Origin: Chlamydiales bacterium
GTDB lineage: Bacteria > Chlamydiota > Chlamydiia > Chlamydiales > SM23-39
Length of the DNA stretch: 64,000 nucleotides
Direction of reading: 5' to 3'
Assembly: GCA_028278035.1 (NCBI GenBank)
Contig: JANQFC010000027.1
Span: 214,016 to 278,015, forward strand
Below, piece after piece: positions 23,464-33,267 of the stretch. A program made the position numbers and the translations under genes. Below the pieces are notes generated by a model that did not search any database, had not been told where the DNA came from, and saw only the letters and a list, made by a program, of their open reading frames with translations. How positions within the stretch are numbered: the stretch's first letter is position 1; each line of letters opens with the position of its first letter.

Positions 23464-24671
23464 TGCAGCGTTTTGACTTTTATGGTTTTAGCTCCCAATA
23501 AGGAAGGCTCCATTATAGTAAACTCAAAACCTTCAAAATGCACTACTTCTCCCTCTGAAGGATGATGATCGATGATAGCAGTTAAAAATTCACTTAAAGT
23601 TTTAGTGTTTTTATATTGCAGATCAGAATTGAACTCATTATTAAAATCTTCTAGTGTCATATCCCCGGAAATTGTTTTTTCCACTAAAACCTTGTTTTCT
23701 TCTTTTGTTTCTTTTTTTTGAGGATATTCCCCAAATATTTCGTCTACTATTTGATCTAAAGTAACAAAACCCTTTGCCTTTCCCTGTTTATTTAAAACAA
23801 TTGCCACATACTGATTATTAGTTCTAAACTGTTTTAAAACATCTACAATACTTACAGACTCTGTGATAAACCAAACAGGTTTTGCATAATTTAATATTAT
23901 AGAGTCCTCGTCACAGGTAAGTAAATCTCTTGGATATGCGATCGATACAATATTTTGTCTTTCTTTGTGATAAACCGGAATATAAGAAGAATAATTGACA
24001 CTTAAAGTCGTCATCATTTCTTTAATGGTAGAATTAGCTTCTACCATTTTAATATGGTCTAATCGCTGCATTATCTGTTTAGCTGTTATGTCTTTTAAAG
24101 AAAAAATATTTCCCACTATTGTATTTATAGATTCCCTGTCGATTACAGATGATTTTTTCTGTGGTTCTTCAAATGCTTTTTGAAGTTCTTCTTTAGACAG
24201 AAAAAAAGCTACTTGGGACTTACCGAAAATATAATTAGATATCTTGGACACTTTATCAATAATCCATATAAATGGCGTTAATATCTTAGAGATCAAATAA
24301 ACTATCGGTATAAAAATAAATGCAACATTTTCAGGATGTCTTCTTGCGGCAAATAAAGGAGCTAATTCACCAAAGATCACTACTAATAAAATTTGAGTAA
24401 TAGGGGCATAGTCCGGATTTAAGTTTAAAAAATCATAAAAGCGTCTAGCACTTTCCGAACCTATCTGCATAACAGTATTTACTGTTATTAGAGTAGTTCC
24501 AAATAAAAAAGAAGGATTGTTCAACAGTTTTTGAAGCCATTTTGCCCTTTGATTATTTTTACTGACATAAAACTGAATCCTGACCTTGTTCAAAGACACA
24601 CACGCCATTTCAAACATCGAAAAAAAACCTTCTACAAAAACGCACAATAAAGCAAGGGCTAGAAAATACAT
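23460..24671 (-). CDS. CNNM/DUF21-CBS-CorC domain protein (hemolysin-like)
   Basis: FFSMFEMA, IFGELAP, CBS pair, DEIFGE, CorC C-terminus. Confidence 0.88.
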   Translation of the reverse strand: MYFLALALLCVFVEGFFSMFEMACVSLNKVRIQFYVSKNNQRAKWLQKLLNNPSFLFGTTLITVNTVMQIGSESARRFYDFLNLNPDYAPITQILLVVIFGELAPLFAARRHPENVAFIFIPIVYLISKILTPFIWIIDKVSKISNYIFGKSQVAFFLSKEELQKAFEEPQKKSSVIDRESINTIVGNIFSLKDITAKQIMQRLDHIKMVEANSTIKEMMTTLSVNYSSYIPVYHKERQNIVSIAYPRDLLTCDEDSIILNYAKPVWFITESVSIVDVLKQFRTNNQYVAIVLNKQGKAKGFVTLDQIVDEIFGEYPQKKETKEENKVLVEKTISGDMTLEDFNNEFNSDLQYKNTKTLSEFLTAIIDHHPSEGEVVHFEGFEFTIMEPSLLGAKTIKVKTLH

Positions 24672-25921
24672 TATTTATGCCCCCTTTGTTTTAATAAACG
24701 TATATATACCCGTTTAACTTTATTGGGACCTGCAGACAATACATAAAACAATAATTTACCTTTTTTTAACTTGTCTCCCGATTTAGGAATGTCTCCCAGT
24801 TCATCTGTTAAAAAGCCACCGATCGTCACAGCTGTTGATTGTTTTTTAAGCTTTACGTTAAATATTTGTTCCAGCTCGTCTATCGGCATTTTGCCGCTTG
24901 CAATAATAATATCTTTGGCCTGATGGGTAAAATGCGCTTTTTCATCAACTTTATCGCTAATATCTCCTATTACAGACTCTACCAGATCTTCTTGGGTAAT
25001 AAGACCTGCTATAGACCCGTATTCATCCACTACAATAGCGATACTTTCTTTTTGCTCCCTTAATTTATTCAAAAGTTTATAAGATCTTGTAGCTTCCGGA
25101 GTATAAAAAGGCTTTTTAATATATTTTTTTAAATCAGCACCTGATTTGATATGTTTTTTATAAAAAAAGAACCTTTTCAAAGATATTATACCTAAAACAT
25201 TATCAATTTCATTTGAACACACAGGCACTCTTGCAATCTGTTTTTTTTCGAATAATTTAATTAAATTTTCAACAGGTTCTTGAATATCATAAAACTTAAC
25301 TTTGTCCCTAGGGGTCATATGCTCTTTAATAATAGAATCATGCAGATTCAAATACCCCCCTATCAACTGCGACTCATCTGTATTTAAAATTTGTTTTTCT
25401 TTCGATTTATCCAAAATATAGTGCAGCTCTTCTATTGACAGGGGCTTTTCTTTTTTCAAAAAGAAAAACATAAACCTGGATATATAATTGGTGATTTTTG
25501 TTAATACATATCTCACAGGAGCAATTATGATTTTTGCAACAGCGATAAAAGGTGATATTTTGTAAGAAATATATTTGTTGTTCGGCATAGCAAGCGACTT
25601 GGGAATCACTTCTCCAAAAAACAAAGTAAGAAATAAAGGGACCCCTACTTTTAAAATCCAGCTGGTAAAAGAACCAAATAAACTAGACACTGTATTTTGA
25701 ATTAAAATATTGGCAAATATATTCAACATTAAAATAGTAACTAACAGCTGCCGGGGCTTTGACAATAATTTTGAGATGAGCTTTTTTCTTTTATCCGCAC
25801 TATGTTTATATGCATTGATAGTATAAGTTGATAGAGAAAACAAAGATGTTTCGGAAGCGGACAAAATAGCCGAGAACAAAATCAAGCAAATAAGTAAAAA
25901 TATTAAAATAATTGCAGTCAT
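24671..25921 (-). CDS. CNNM/DUF21-CBS-CorC domain protein (hemolysin-like)
   Basis: SASETSLFSL, FGEVIPK, MTPR, VVDEYG..AGLITQEDLVE.VIGDI. Confidence 0.92.
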   Translation of the reverse strand: MTAIILIFLLICLILFSAILSASETSLFSLSTYTINAYKHSADKRKKLISKLLSKPRQLLVTILMLNIFANILIQNTVSSLFGSFTSWILKVGVPLFLTLFFGEVIPKSLAMPNNKYISYKISPFIAVAKIIIAPVRYVLTKITNYISRFMFFFLKKEKPLSIEELHYILDKSKEKQILNTDESQLIGGYLNLHDSIIKEHMTPRDKVKFYDIQEPVENLIKLFEKKQIARVPVCSNEIDNVLGIISLKRFFFYKKHIKSGADLKKYIKKPFYTPEATRSYKLLNKLREQKESIAIVVDEYGSIAGLITQEDLVESVIGDISDKVDEKAHFTHQAKDIIIASGKMPIDELEQIFNVKLKKQSTAVTIGGFLTDELGDIPKSGDKLKKGKLLFYVLSAGPNKVKRVYIRLLKQRGHK

Positions 25922-25973
25922 ATCAAATTCTTGCCCTTATACATATATTTACCGAAAAAATAATTATTGAATA

Positions 25974-26303
25974 TCATTTTTTAAAATGAACTTTTAACTG
26001 TCCTTCAGGAACAACACCTAGTTCCTTCATTAAAACCTGTTCTATCCAATAAGCATCACTTTGAGAGTTCAGTCTATCATTCAAATCGTCTTTTTCTAAA
26101 TTAAGCACAGTTTTTTCTTGTTGGAACATTGCAAGTCTTGATTTCATTAAATAAACATCTTTGTTTCTTTTTTTTATTCCCTGATCATATCCAATATAAC
26201 AAATAAGCATAAACAAAATGACCCACCAAGATTTAATAATAGAAGCTAAAAATATTTTTTCTATAATTGAATTAGTTGTCTTCTTGGACTTTGAAAATTC
26301 CAT
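25974..26303 (-). CDS. FtsB/DivIC-like septum formation initiator (CT038-like)
   Basis: Single TM, coiled coil, then IEQVLMKELGVVPEGQ resembling FtsB IEExARxELGMVxPGE. Confidence 0.6.
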   Translation of the reverse strand: MEFSKSKKTTNSIIEKIFLASIIKSWWVILFMLICYIGYDQGIKKRNKDVYLMKSRLAMFQQEKTVLNLEKDDLNDRLNSQSDAYWIEQVLMKELGVVPEGQLKVHFKK

Positions 26304-26341
26304 AATTATTAAACATCTTTTTTAGTTTAATATTTTCAATA

Positions 26342-26905
26342 TTAAAGTCTGGGTATAGTAATTCCTACCTGCTTCATATATTTTCCTTTTCTATCCGCAT
26401 AAGAAACCAAACAGTCTGTTTTCGCTTCAAAAAATAAAACTTGGGCCAAACCTTCATTGGCATATATTTTTGCAGGAAGTGGGGTTGTATTGGATATTTC
26501 TAAAGTAACGTAACCTTCCCATTCCGGCTCAAAAGGAGTAACATTTACTATAATTCCGCATCTTGCGTAAGTAGATTTTCCAATACACATGGTTAATATG
26601 TTCCTAGGTATTTTAAAATATTCAACACTTCTGGCCAACGCAAAAGAATTCGGCGGAATAATACAAGTTGGGGCTTTAATATCTACAAAAGAATCTTCCG
26701 AGAAATTCTTGGGATCGATAATTGAATTATACACATTTGTAAAAACCTTAAATTCATCCGCAACCCTTAAATCGTAACCATAGCTCGAAAGACCGAAGCT
26801 TACTAATTTTTTATCATCTGTATGTTTTATTTGATTTTTTTGAAAGGGCTTTATCATCCCCTTTTTTGCTAATTTATCAATTAAATGATCTGGTAAAAGT
26901 GCCAT
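26342..26905 (-). CDS. dcd: dCTP deaminase
   Basis: [38 protein letters not shown]. Confidence 0.96.
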   Translation of the reverse strand: MALLPDHLIDKLAKKGMIKPFQKNQIKHTDDKKLVSFGLSSYGYDLRVADEFKVFTNVYNSIIDPKNFSEDSFVDIKAPTCIIPPNSFALARSVEYFKIPRNILTMCIGKSTYARCGIIVNVTPFEPEWEGYVTLEISNTTPLPAKIYANEGLAQVLFFEAKTDCLVSYADRKGKYMKQVGITIPRL

Positions 26906-27013
26906 ATTTAAACCTTAAATTAATTTCCCTTTTAAATATATATAGCGCTTGAAATGCTTTTCTTGCTAGAATTTTTATTAAAAAAGATATATTTTTTTCT
27001 TAAGGGCATTAAT

Positions 27014-28012
27014 ATGGACAACAATTTCATAAAATCATCTTGGAGCGAGCAGGACAAAACTTTTGAAATACCTTTAAGACCGGATAATTTAAAAGATTTT
27101 GTCGGACAGGAAAATATCAAGGAAAGGTTAAATATCTTTATCGGAGCTGCTAAAAAAAGAAAAGAAAGTTTGGGGCATTTGCTGTTTAGTGGTCCTCCGG
27201 GACTTGGCAAAACCACTTTAGCTAATATCATTGCTAAAACAATGGGTTCTAATATTATTGTTACTTCAGGTCCCGTTATTGAAAAAGCAGGAGATCTTGC
27301 AGGCATATTAACCTCTTTAAAAGAAGGTGATATTTTATTTATTGATGAAATTCACAGACTTAACAAAGCTGTAGAAGAATATTTATATTCTGCAATGGAA
27401 GATTTTACTTTAGATTTATTAATAGACAGCGGACCTAATGCTAGAAATATATCCGTAAAATTAAATCCTTTTACTTTAATAGGAGCGACTACCAGAGCAG
27501 GTCTTTTAAGCGGACCTATGAGATCTAGGTTTTCTTTCAACGCAAGATTAGATTTTTATGAGTCAAACAGTATCAAACAAATCATCAAACGTTCTTCTAA
27601 TATAATGGATGTAAATATAAATGAAACAGCTGCTCTTTCTATAGCGACAAGAGCAAGAGGCACCCCTAGGATTGCCAATAATTTACTTAGGTGGGTAAGG
27701 GATTATACCCAAATGCAAAATGAAAAAAATATCGATAACGCTATTGTAGATAAAGCTTTAAAGATGTTATCAATAGATGAAGCCGGTTTAGATGAGATGG
27801 ATAAAAAAATACTAAATACAATCATCCATCATTACGGAGGAGGACCCGTTGGAATAAAAACTATAGGGGTCGCAATTGGAGAAGAAGAAACGACTTTAGC
27901 AGAAGTATACGAACCGTACCTCATTATGAAAGGATTTATCAAACGAACTCCAAGAGGCAGAGAAGTTACAAAATTAGCATATGAACATATGCAACAAATT
28001 ACTAAAAAATAA
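27014..28012 (+). CDS. ruvB: Holliday junction branch migration helicase RuvB
   Basis: LRPDNL..FVGQ, GPPGLGKTT, DEIHR, GATTRAG, RGTPR; start placed at ATG 27014 (MDNNF). Confidence 0.97.
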   Translation: MDNNFIKSSWSEQDKTFEIPLRPDNLKDFVGQENIKERLNIFIGAAKKRKESLGHLLFSGPPGLGKTTLANIIAKTMGSNIIVTSGPVIEKAGDLAGILTSLKEGDILFIDEIHRLNKAVEEYLYSAMEDFTLDLLIDSGPNARNISVKLNPFTLIGATTRAGLLSGPMRSRFSFNARLDFYESNSIKQIIKRSSNIMDVNINETAALSIATRARGTPRIANNLLRWVRDYTQMQNEKNIDNAIVDKALKMLSIDEAGLDEMDKKILNTIIHHYGGGPVGIKTIGVAIGEEETTLAEVYEPYLIMKGFIKRTPRGREVTKLAYEHMQQITKK

Positions 28013-28024
28013 TGGAGAACTTTT

Positions 28025-29203
28025 ATGAATAAAATTTGTTCTTTTCTCTTAGCACTTTTAGTACTTACAAACATATCTTTTGCTCAGGATTATTCAACTC
28101 AAGCAAATAAACCTGAAAACATTCAAGTTCTTTTAGCAAAAGATTCTGCAGAAGCACTATTGGAAGCTAAGGGATCATACGTAATCTTTAACCCGCAGGA
28201 CGGACTTAGAGTTACCTCTGGTCTTTCAGGCAAACGTTTTATGGTTAGAGCAACCCCTGCTGGAGTCAAATGGGGAGAAGAATATCCGGGCATCCATCAA
28301 ATATATATAGTTCCAAAATCTAAAAATTCTAAAATTTTAGTAAACGGTATTGAATATGATGGCGCTATAGCGGTATATAAAGTAAAAAACAAAATAAATA
28401 TTATCAACGATGTAAATATCGAGTCTTATCTTAAAGCTACCCTGACTCCTCAATTTCCTTTTCCTTTAGAAAATGAAGTTATAGCATCTATTGCAATAGC
28501 AGCGAGAACAACAGCTTATTCACATGTAAAAAGAAATAAAGATGCATATTGGCATATTTCAAAAGAAGAAGCCGGATATCACGGCACTTCTTTAATTCAG
28601 CCGGACTCTCATATCTCTAAAGCTGTGGATAGAACCAAGCATCTGATATTGATCTTATCTGATAACGGCGAAAATAGGCCGTTTGCAGCTTTATGGACAG
28701 AACATAGTGCAGGCAAAACTGCAGCTTTTCACAGCATTTACAGAAAAGACTGGTGGGCCCCTAAAAAAGGAGTTGAAGCCCCTCATGCCCAGCTGCATAA
28801 AAATGATGCTAAATGGAGCTATTCAATATCTAAAAAAGAACTTGCAAACCTTTTAGAAATAAATGCTATTACAGAAATAGATCTTTATACCGATAAAGAT
28901 ACTCAAAAAGCATACGGCGTTAAGGTAAAAGATAAAGAAAATACAATAGATATTGATTTTGTTACTTTTCAATCACTTATTGGAAATAACAAAATATTAA
29001 GTAACGACTTAAAAATAAGTATCAGACAAAACGATGTTATCTTTTCTGGTTATGGAAAAGGTTTAGGCGTAGGCCTTTGTCTACATTCAGCCGCTCAAAT
29101 GGCCCAAAATGGTGATAATGCAGCAAAGATACTATCCAAATTTTTCCCGGATACTTATATTTTTAATTTATCTACAATGCCAAAAACGCAATCATTGAGA
29201 TAA
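28025..29203 (+). CDS. SpoIID/LytB domain protein (CT041-like), secreted
   Basis: Signal peptide, IINDVNIESYL, AIAARTTA, G.G.G.GVGLC...A..MA..G....IL..FFP. Confidence 0.85.
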   Translation: MNKICSFLLALLVLTNISFAQDYSTQANKPENIQVLLAKDSAEALLEAKGSYVIFNPQDGLRVTSGLSGKRFMVRATPAGVKWGEEYPGIHQIYIVPKSKNSKILVNGIEYDGAIAVYKVKNKINIINDVNIESYLKATLTPQFPFPLENEVIASIAIAARTTAYSHVKRNKDAYWHISKEEAGYHGTSLIQPDSHISKAVDRTKHLILILSDNGENRPFAALWTEHSAGKTAAFHSIYRKDWWAPKKGVEAPHAQLHKNDAKWSYSISKKELANLLEINAITEIDLYTDKDTQKAYGVKVKDKENTIDIDFVTFQSLIGNNKILSNDLKISIRQNDVIFSGYGKGLGVGLCLHSAAQMAQNGDNAAKILSKFFPDTYIFNLSTMPKTQSLR

Positions 29204-29252
29204 ATTAATACTTGCTAACTTTAATAAAAGTTGGCAAAATAATAGTACATTT

Positions 29253-29352
29253 TACCGGGGACCTTGTGGAATAGTGTCCTTCGAACCAGGTCAGGACCGG
29301 AAGGTAGCAGCCTTAAGAAGACTTCATTATGCTTCAAGATCATCTCCGGTAA
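29253..29352 (+). ncRNA. ffs: Signal recognition particle RNA (4.5S)
   Basis: Conserved helix-8 GGTCAGGACCGGAAGGTAGCAGCC at 29289-29312; terminal stem TACCGGGGA / TCTCCGGTA; upstream TTGCTA-N17-CAAAAT. Confidence 0.92.
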
Positions 29353-29959
29353 TCTTTTTTATAAAACTATTAAAAAATTTTCTAAAAGCATTCTCTATAT
29401 GAATTTCACTATTTTCAGCCTTAATAACCAACTTTAAAAAGTCCTTTTCAAAATCATCCTGCGTTTCAAATTTTTCTTTTATATGAGGAATATTCAAATT
29501 ATTTCTTTTCATTTTCTGAATGATCTTTTGGGCATATATCATTAAAGGCATATTTTTAGAGATCCCGAACGATAAGTTATTTTTTTGATCTTTTTTCTCT
29601 ATTTTTTTGATCTTATCCCAGTTAGCTTTTATTTCTTCTAAGCTATTTACCTTTATATCGGCAAAAACATGAGGATGCCTTCTTACCAACTTATCAGATA
29701 AATTTTTTAGTATATCTTTTATATTAAACCTTTTTTGTTTTTCGGCTATTTTTGAAATAAATAATATACAGTGCAAAACGTCCCCTGCCTCATCCAAAAT
29801 GTGGCGATCGTCTTTTTCATCTATAGCTTCTAAAAGCTCATGCATTTCTTCTACTAAATAAACCTGAAGAGTTTCTATAGTTTGCTTTCTGTCCCAATCA
29901 CAGCCGTCAGTTCCTAAAAGGGTCTCTAAAATTTTTAATAGATTATTAAACTCCTGCAT
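29327..29959 (-). CDS. mazG: MazG nucleotide pyrophosphohydrolase
   Basis: GCDWDRKQT, EEMHELLEAI, DEAGDVL, KLVRRHPHVF. Confidence 0.92.
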   Translation of the reverse strand: MQEFNNLLKILETLLGTDGCDWDRKQTIETLQVYLVEEMHELLEAIDEKDDRHILDEAGDVLHCILFISKIAEKQKRFNIKDILKNLSDKLVRRHPHVFADIKVNSLEEIKANWDKIKKIEKKDQKNNLSFGISKNMPLMIYAQKIIQKMKRNNLNIPHIKEKFETQDDFEKDFLKLVIKAENSEIHIENAFRKFFNSFIKKITGDDLEA

Positions 29960-30154
29960 AAAAAATTCCTTATATATTGATAATATTTTAAAACTATTAT
30001 AAAATTCATGTTAATAGTATGTAAAGCGTTTTATGTTTTAATTTTCTAACTGTAATTGTTATTAAAATTATAATTACAGTTAAAAAATATTAACAAATAA
30101 GCTATAATATTATTATAAATAATAATAATTTACTTTTTAATTTAAGGATTAATT

Positions 30155-33028
30155 ATGACAAATCCCGTTAGATTAGATTCAGATCATCTAGTATATAGAG
30201 AAGCGCCGATAGAAACTAATCCTACACAAACATGGTATCAAAAAATCTTTTCCGGATTTTCAATATCCAGCCTAACTCCGGCTCAAAGACAGCGACAAAT
30301 AGCCTATGATTTGGAAAAAGCCGAAAACCCTAAAACCGTAGAGCCCCGAAATCAAGAAAAGATGAAAGAAGCCACGGAATTTCATGCTGATATTTTCAAG
30401 AAAAAAACATTGACCTGTTCTTTAGTGCAGGGTATTTACTTTTTTATGAATAATACAATCGGTGATTTTAATAAAGTTAGAAGAATAGTCAAAGATGTCT
30501 TTGCTCATGAAACTTTATTTGCAGACACTTCAGCTTGGAATATCATCAGCAATTTCAGAAAAGCACTACTTATTAAAAATAGCATGCAAAAACATTTTGC
30601 AGAAAAAAAATTATCTAGTTGGAAAATTCTGACTTATTATTTTTTACTAAACTCAATTTTCGATTTAAGATCATGGCTTGATCATGCAATTGATGGAATT
30701 CTAAAAGATGCCAGAGATTTAAAAGCTAAACAAAATCTTCCAGAAGCTCTAAAAACAATTCTAGAAGGAGCCAGTGCTTATATAGCCGTATATAACAAAA
30801 TGATTGAAAGATTTACTAATGACAAAGAACATTTGCCGGCAGACAAAGACAAATGTTTAAAATACTTATTAGAAAATGAAGCCTATATAGATGGGAAAAA
30901 ACAAAGCGATGTACAAAAAGATTTTGGAAATACCGTTACTAGATGGATTAAAGATGTTGAGTATTTCCATAAAAGAGCAAATTTTTTCTTAACCCGCTGG
31001 ATAGATACAGGTTTAAGCAGGTTTATGAAAAGAGTTATTAAAAAATTTGTAATCGATAATGCTGTTCCGGCAATGTTAAGAAACACAATAGAATCAATGG
31101 GAAGTTCTTCATTTGTACATGCGTTAAATGAAACAGGCAGCGAACTTATTCAGGAATTCTTAAAAGATTTAGATATAGATCCTAAACTAAAAAAACCGGA
31201 TGACGTTTATAAAGTAGATGTAGCAGACGATCAACTAAAAGATAAGATTATTACATTAGGAAAACACATATTCACTCTTTTATATCAAGAACCCAATAAA
31301 ACGCAGGAAGAGCTACAGAAAAACGGCAAAAAAGGATTGCGAGAAACTTATATTATAGAACCTATTGTAGTAGAAAGTGTAATAAGCAATGCTGCTTTAA
31401 TAGGGTACAATATTTTATGCGATCAGAAAAGAGTAGAAAAATACTTATCTTTAATAATGGAGCTAATGGATAAAATTTACGATGAAGCTCCAGATTATGC
31501 TACTTTGGAAGGTCAAAAAATACTAAAGAAACAACAAAATGTAAGAAACCGATTTACTGAATTAAAAGATGAATTAACAGATAAATTAGTAGAAAGAAGT
31601 ACCCAGGATTTTATTTATGAAAAAGCCGGCTGGCTTTCCCAAAATCAAAAAACAGACCTAGAGATGTATTATAAAAATATTAAAGCTGCAGCTTTTGAAA
31701 ATGCCCCTGATTCTTCAAAATCTTTTATGACAACGCTTATAGAAAAAGCCCAGCGACTTGAAGAAGATTCTCATTATGCATTTCCCTCCGAGGAACAGCT
31801 AAATGAATCAGAGCAAAGAAATGCTGAGCTAATTAAATCTTTTTCTGCATTTAGAATTATTTTAGATAATTTAAAACCAAAATCCAATGGAGCTTTAAGA
31901 AAAGAAGTAAACAGACATTTCGAACCGATATTAAAATTACAAGAAATTACTACCAAAAAAATGCTGCGAATAAAAAAAGATCATTCCACTATAAGAGCTT
32001 TAAAACAAATTGAAATTGAGCTTAAAAAACTAGAACAAACGATTTTATCCATTAGCAACATTGCCCTTGAAGATCAAAAAGAAGTTATAGCTAACTCTCT
32101 TACCGAAATCCACAAACTTAATAAAGAAAATCAATATGATAATATTGTCAACGAATATATTAAACTAGAAAATCATCTAACTTTAGTAATAGCTCATGAA
32201 AAATCCGCAAATTTAGCAAATATTTTACTACCCGAAAATTATCAAAAAAGCTTGATACATGAGCTAGTTCAAGCGCAGAAAACCTGCTTAAATAACCCGA
32301 CATCTACTAAATATCAAAAACAACTGAAAAACGCGAAAGATAAAATTATTCATCAAATAATTGTACCTATTAAAGAATGTTTTGAAGATGATGAAACTAA
32401 AATAAACAACATTATGAATGCAATTATTGAAAGCAGAACTTTAGAACAATTAACTCAAGCTGAAAAACAAGCAATAATAACAGCTGATATCTTAAAACAA
32501 TATCATAAAAAATCAAAAATCACAGAACAAAATGTACTGCCTATATTTTTCGATAATTGCAAAACAGAATTAAATAGCCAACTCATTTCACTACCGGAAA
32601 GACTGGCCGACTTATATAAAGAGCTGCAGACTCTGACTCAGGAAATTTCTCAGGATATGACAAAATTAAGTGATGCCATCAAAAATATAGCTGATAGCTC
32701 TCATTTAAATAGCTCGACCAACTTTAAGGATTTACTGACAATCACCAATGCAGCCGGAATAACTTTGGGTTTATTAAAACAACCTAATTTTTTTGGTCTG
32801 GCAAATCAATTAACAACAAAAATAGCAGCTCCTATAATAGGGATAACCGCTGCCCAAACCGCAAAAAAACTAACCATAGTTCCTGCTGCTGTTCACGCTA
32901 TCTCCAAAGCAGCCAAACCAATAGCTAGAAAATATGTCAATAGCGCATATAAATTAGCAACAAACCAAACATTTTACCAAGGATTAATATACACCCTGAT
33001 GTCAGAATTTTCACAAAAAGTTCAATAA
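30155..33028 (+). CDS. Large helical/coiled-coil hypothetical protein (candidate secreted effector)
   Basis: 957-aa ORF with SD AAGGA, T/P/S-rich N-terminus, Ala/Ile-rich amphipathic C-terminus; no recognised domain. Confidence 0.7.
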   Translation: MTNPVRLDSDHLVYREAPIETNPTQTWYQKIFSGFSISSLTPAQRQRQIAYDLEKAENPKTVEPRNQEKMKEATEFHADIFKKKTLTCSLVQGIYFFMNNTIGDFNKVRRIVKDVFAHETLFADTSAWNIISNFRKALLIKNSMQKHFAEKKLSSWKILTYYFLLNSIFDLRSWLDHAIDGILKDARDLKAKQNLPEALKTILEGASAYIAVYNKMIERFTNDKEHLPADKDKCLKYLLENEAYIDGKKQSDVQKDFGNTVTRWIKDVEYFHKRANFFLTRWIDTGLSRFMKRVIKKFVIDNAVPAMLRNTIESMGSSSFVHALNETGSELIQEFLKDLDIDPKLKKPDDVYKVDVADDQLKDKIITLGKHIFTLLYQEPNKTQEELQKNGKKGLRETYIIEPIVVESVISNAALIGYNILCDQKRVEKYLSLIMELMDKIYDEAPDYATLEGQKILKKQQNVRNRFTELKDELTDKLVERSTQDFIYEKAGWLSQNQKTDLEMYYKNIKAAAFENAPDSSKSFMTTLIEKAQRLEEDSHYAFPSEEQLNESEQRNAELIKSFSAFRIILDNLKPKSNGALRKEVNRHFEPILKLQEITTKKMLRIKKDHSTIRALKQIEIELKKLEQTILSISNIALEDQKEVIANSLTEIHKLNKENQYDNIVNEYIKLENHLTLVIAHEKSANLANILLPENYQKSLIHELVQAQKTCLNNPTSTKYQKQLKNAKDKIIHQIIVPIKECFEDDETKINNIMNAIIESRTLEQLTQAEKQAIITADILKQYHKKSKITEQNVLPIFFDNCKTELNSQLISLPERLADLYKELQTLTQEISQDMTKLSDAIKNIADSSHLNSSTNFKDLLTITNAAGITLGLLKQPNFFGLANQLTTKIAAPIIGITAAQTAKKLTIVPAAVHAISKAAKPIARKYVNSAYKLATNQTFYQGLIYTLMSEFSQKVQ

Positions 33029-33057
33029 TAAAAGCGCATTTAAGCGCTTTTATTATT
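33024..33057. terminator. Bidirectional intrinsic terminator
   Basis: AATAATAAAAGCGC-ATTTAA-GCGCTTTTATTATT perfect 14-bp stem between convergent genes. Confidence 0.88.
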
Positions 33058-33182
33058 TACCAGCGTCTTTCGTGTCTTTCTCTTTGTGGATGTTTTTTGT
33101 GTTTTTTATGCTGATCATCTTCGCATGAACTCAAGCCTACGATAACCAGGCCTGTCATGACTATAAGAAATAATTTTTTCAT
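33057..33182 (-). CDS. Small lipoprotein (41 aa), His/Lys/Arg-rich
   Basis: MKKLFLIVMTGLVIVGLSSCEDDQHKKHKKHPQRERHERRW*; lipobox LSSC; SD GGGGGAG; ends at the terminator; below the ORF-track cutoff. Confidence 0.8.
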   Translation of the reverse strand: MKKLFLIVMTGLVIVGLSSCEDDQHKKHKKHPQRERHERRW

Positions 33183-33267
33183 TTTTCTCCCCCGAAACCT
33201 TGTTTATAAAATTACTAATAAAGATCTAATTCATCTTTATTATCTAATATAATAATTAATATAAATT

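Noticed and set aside
29255-29320. tRNA-like TTCGAACC within a GC-rich island
   Set aside because: No cloverleaf; better explained by the SRP RNA helix-8 motif
29327-29959. mazG as an anti-phage or toxin-antitoxin component
   Set aside because: Housekeeping-type MazG with no neighbouring toxin or defence genes
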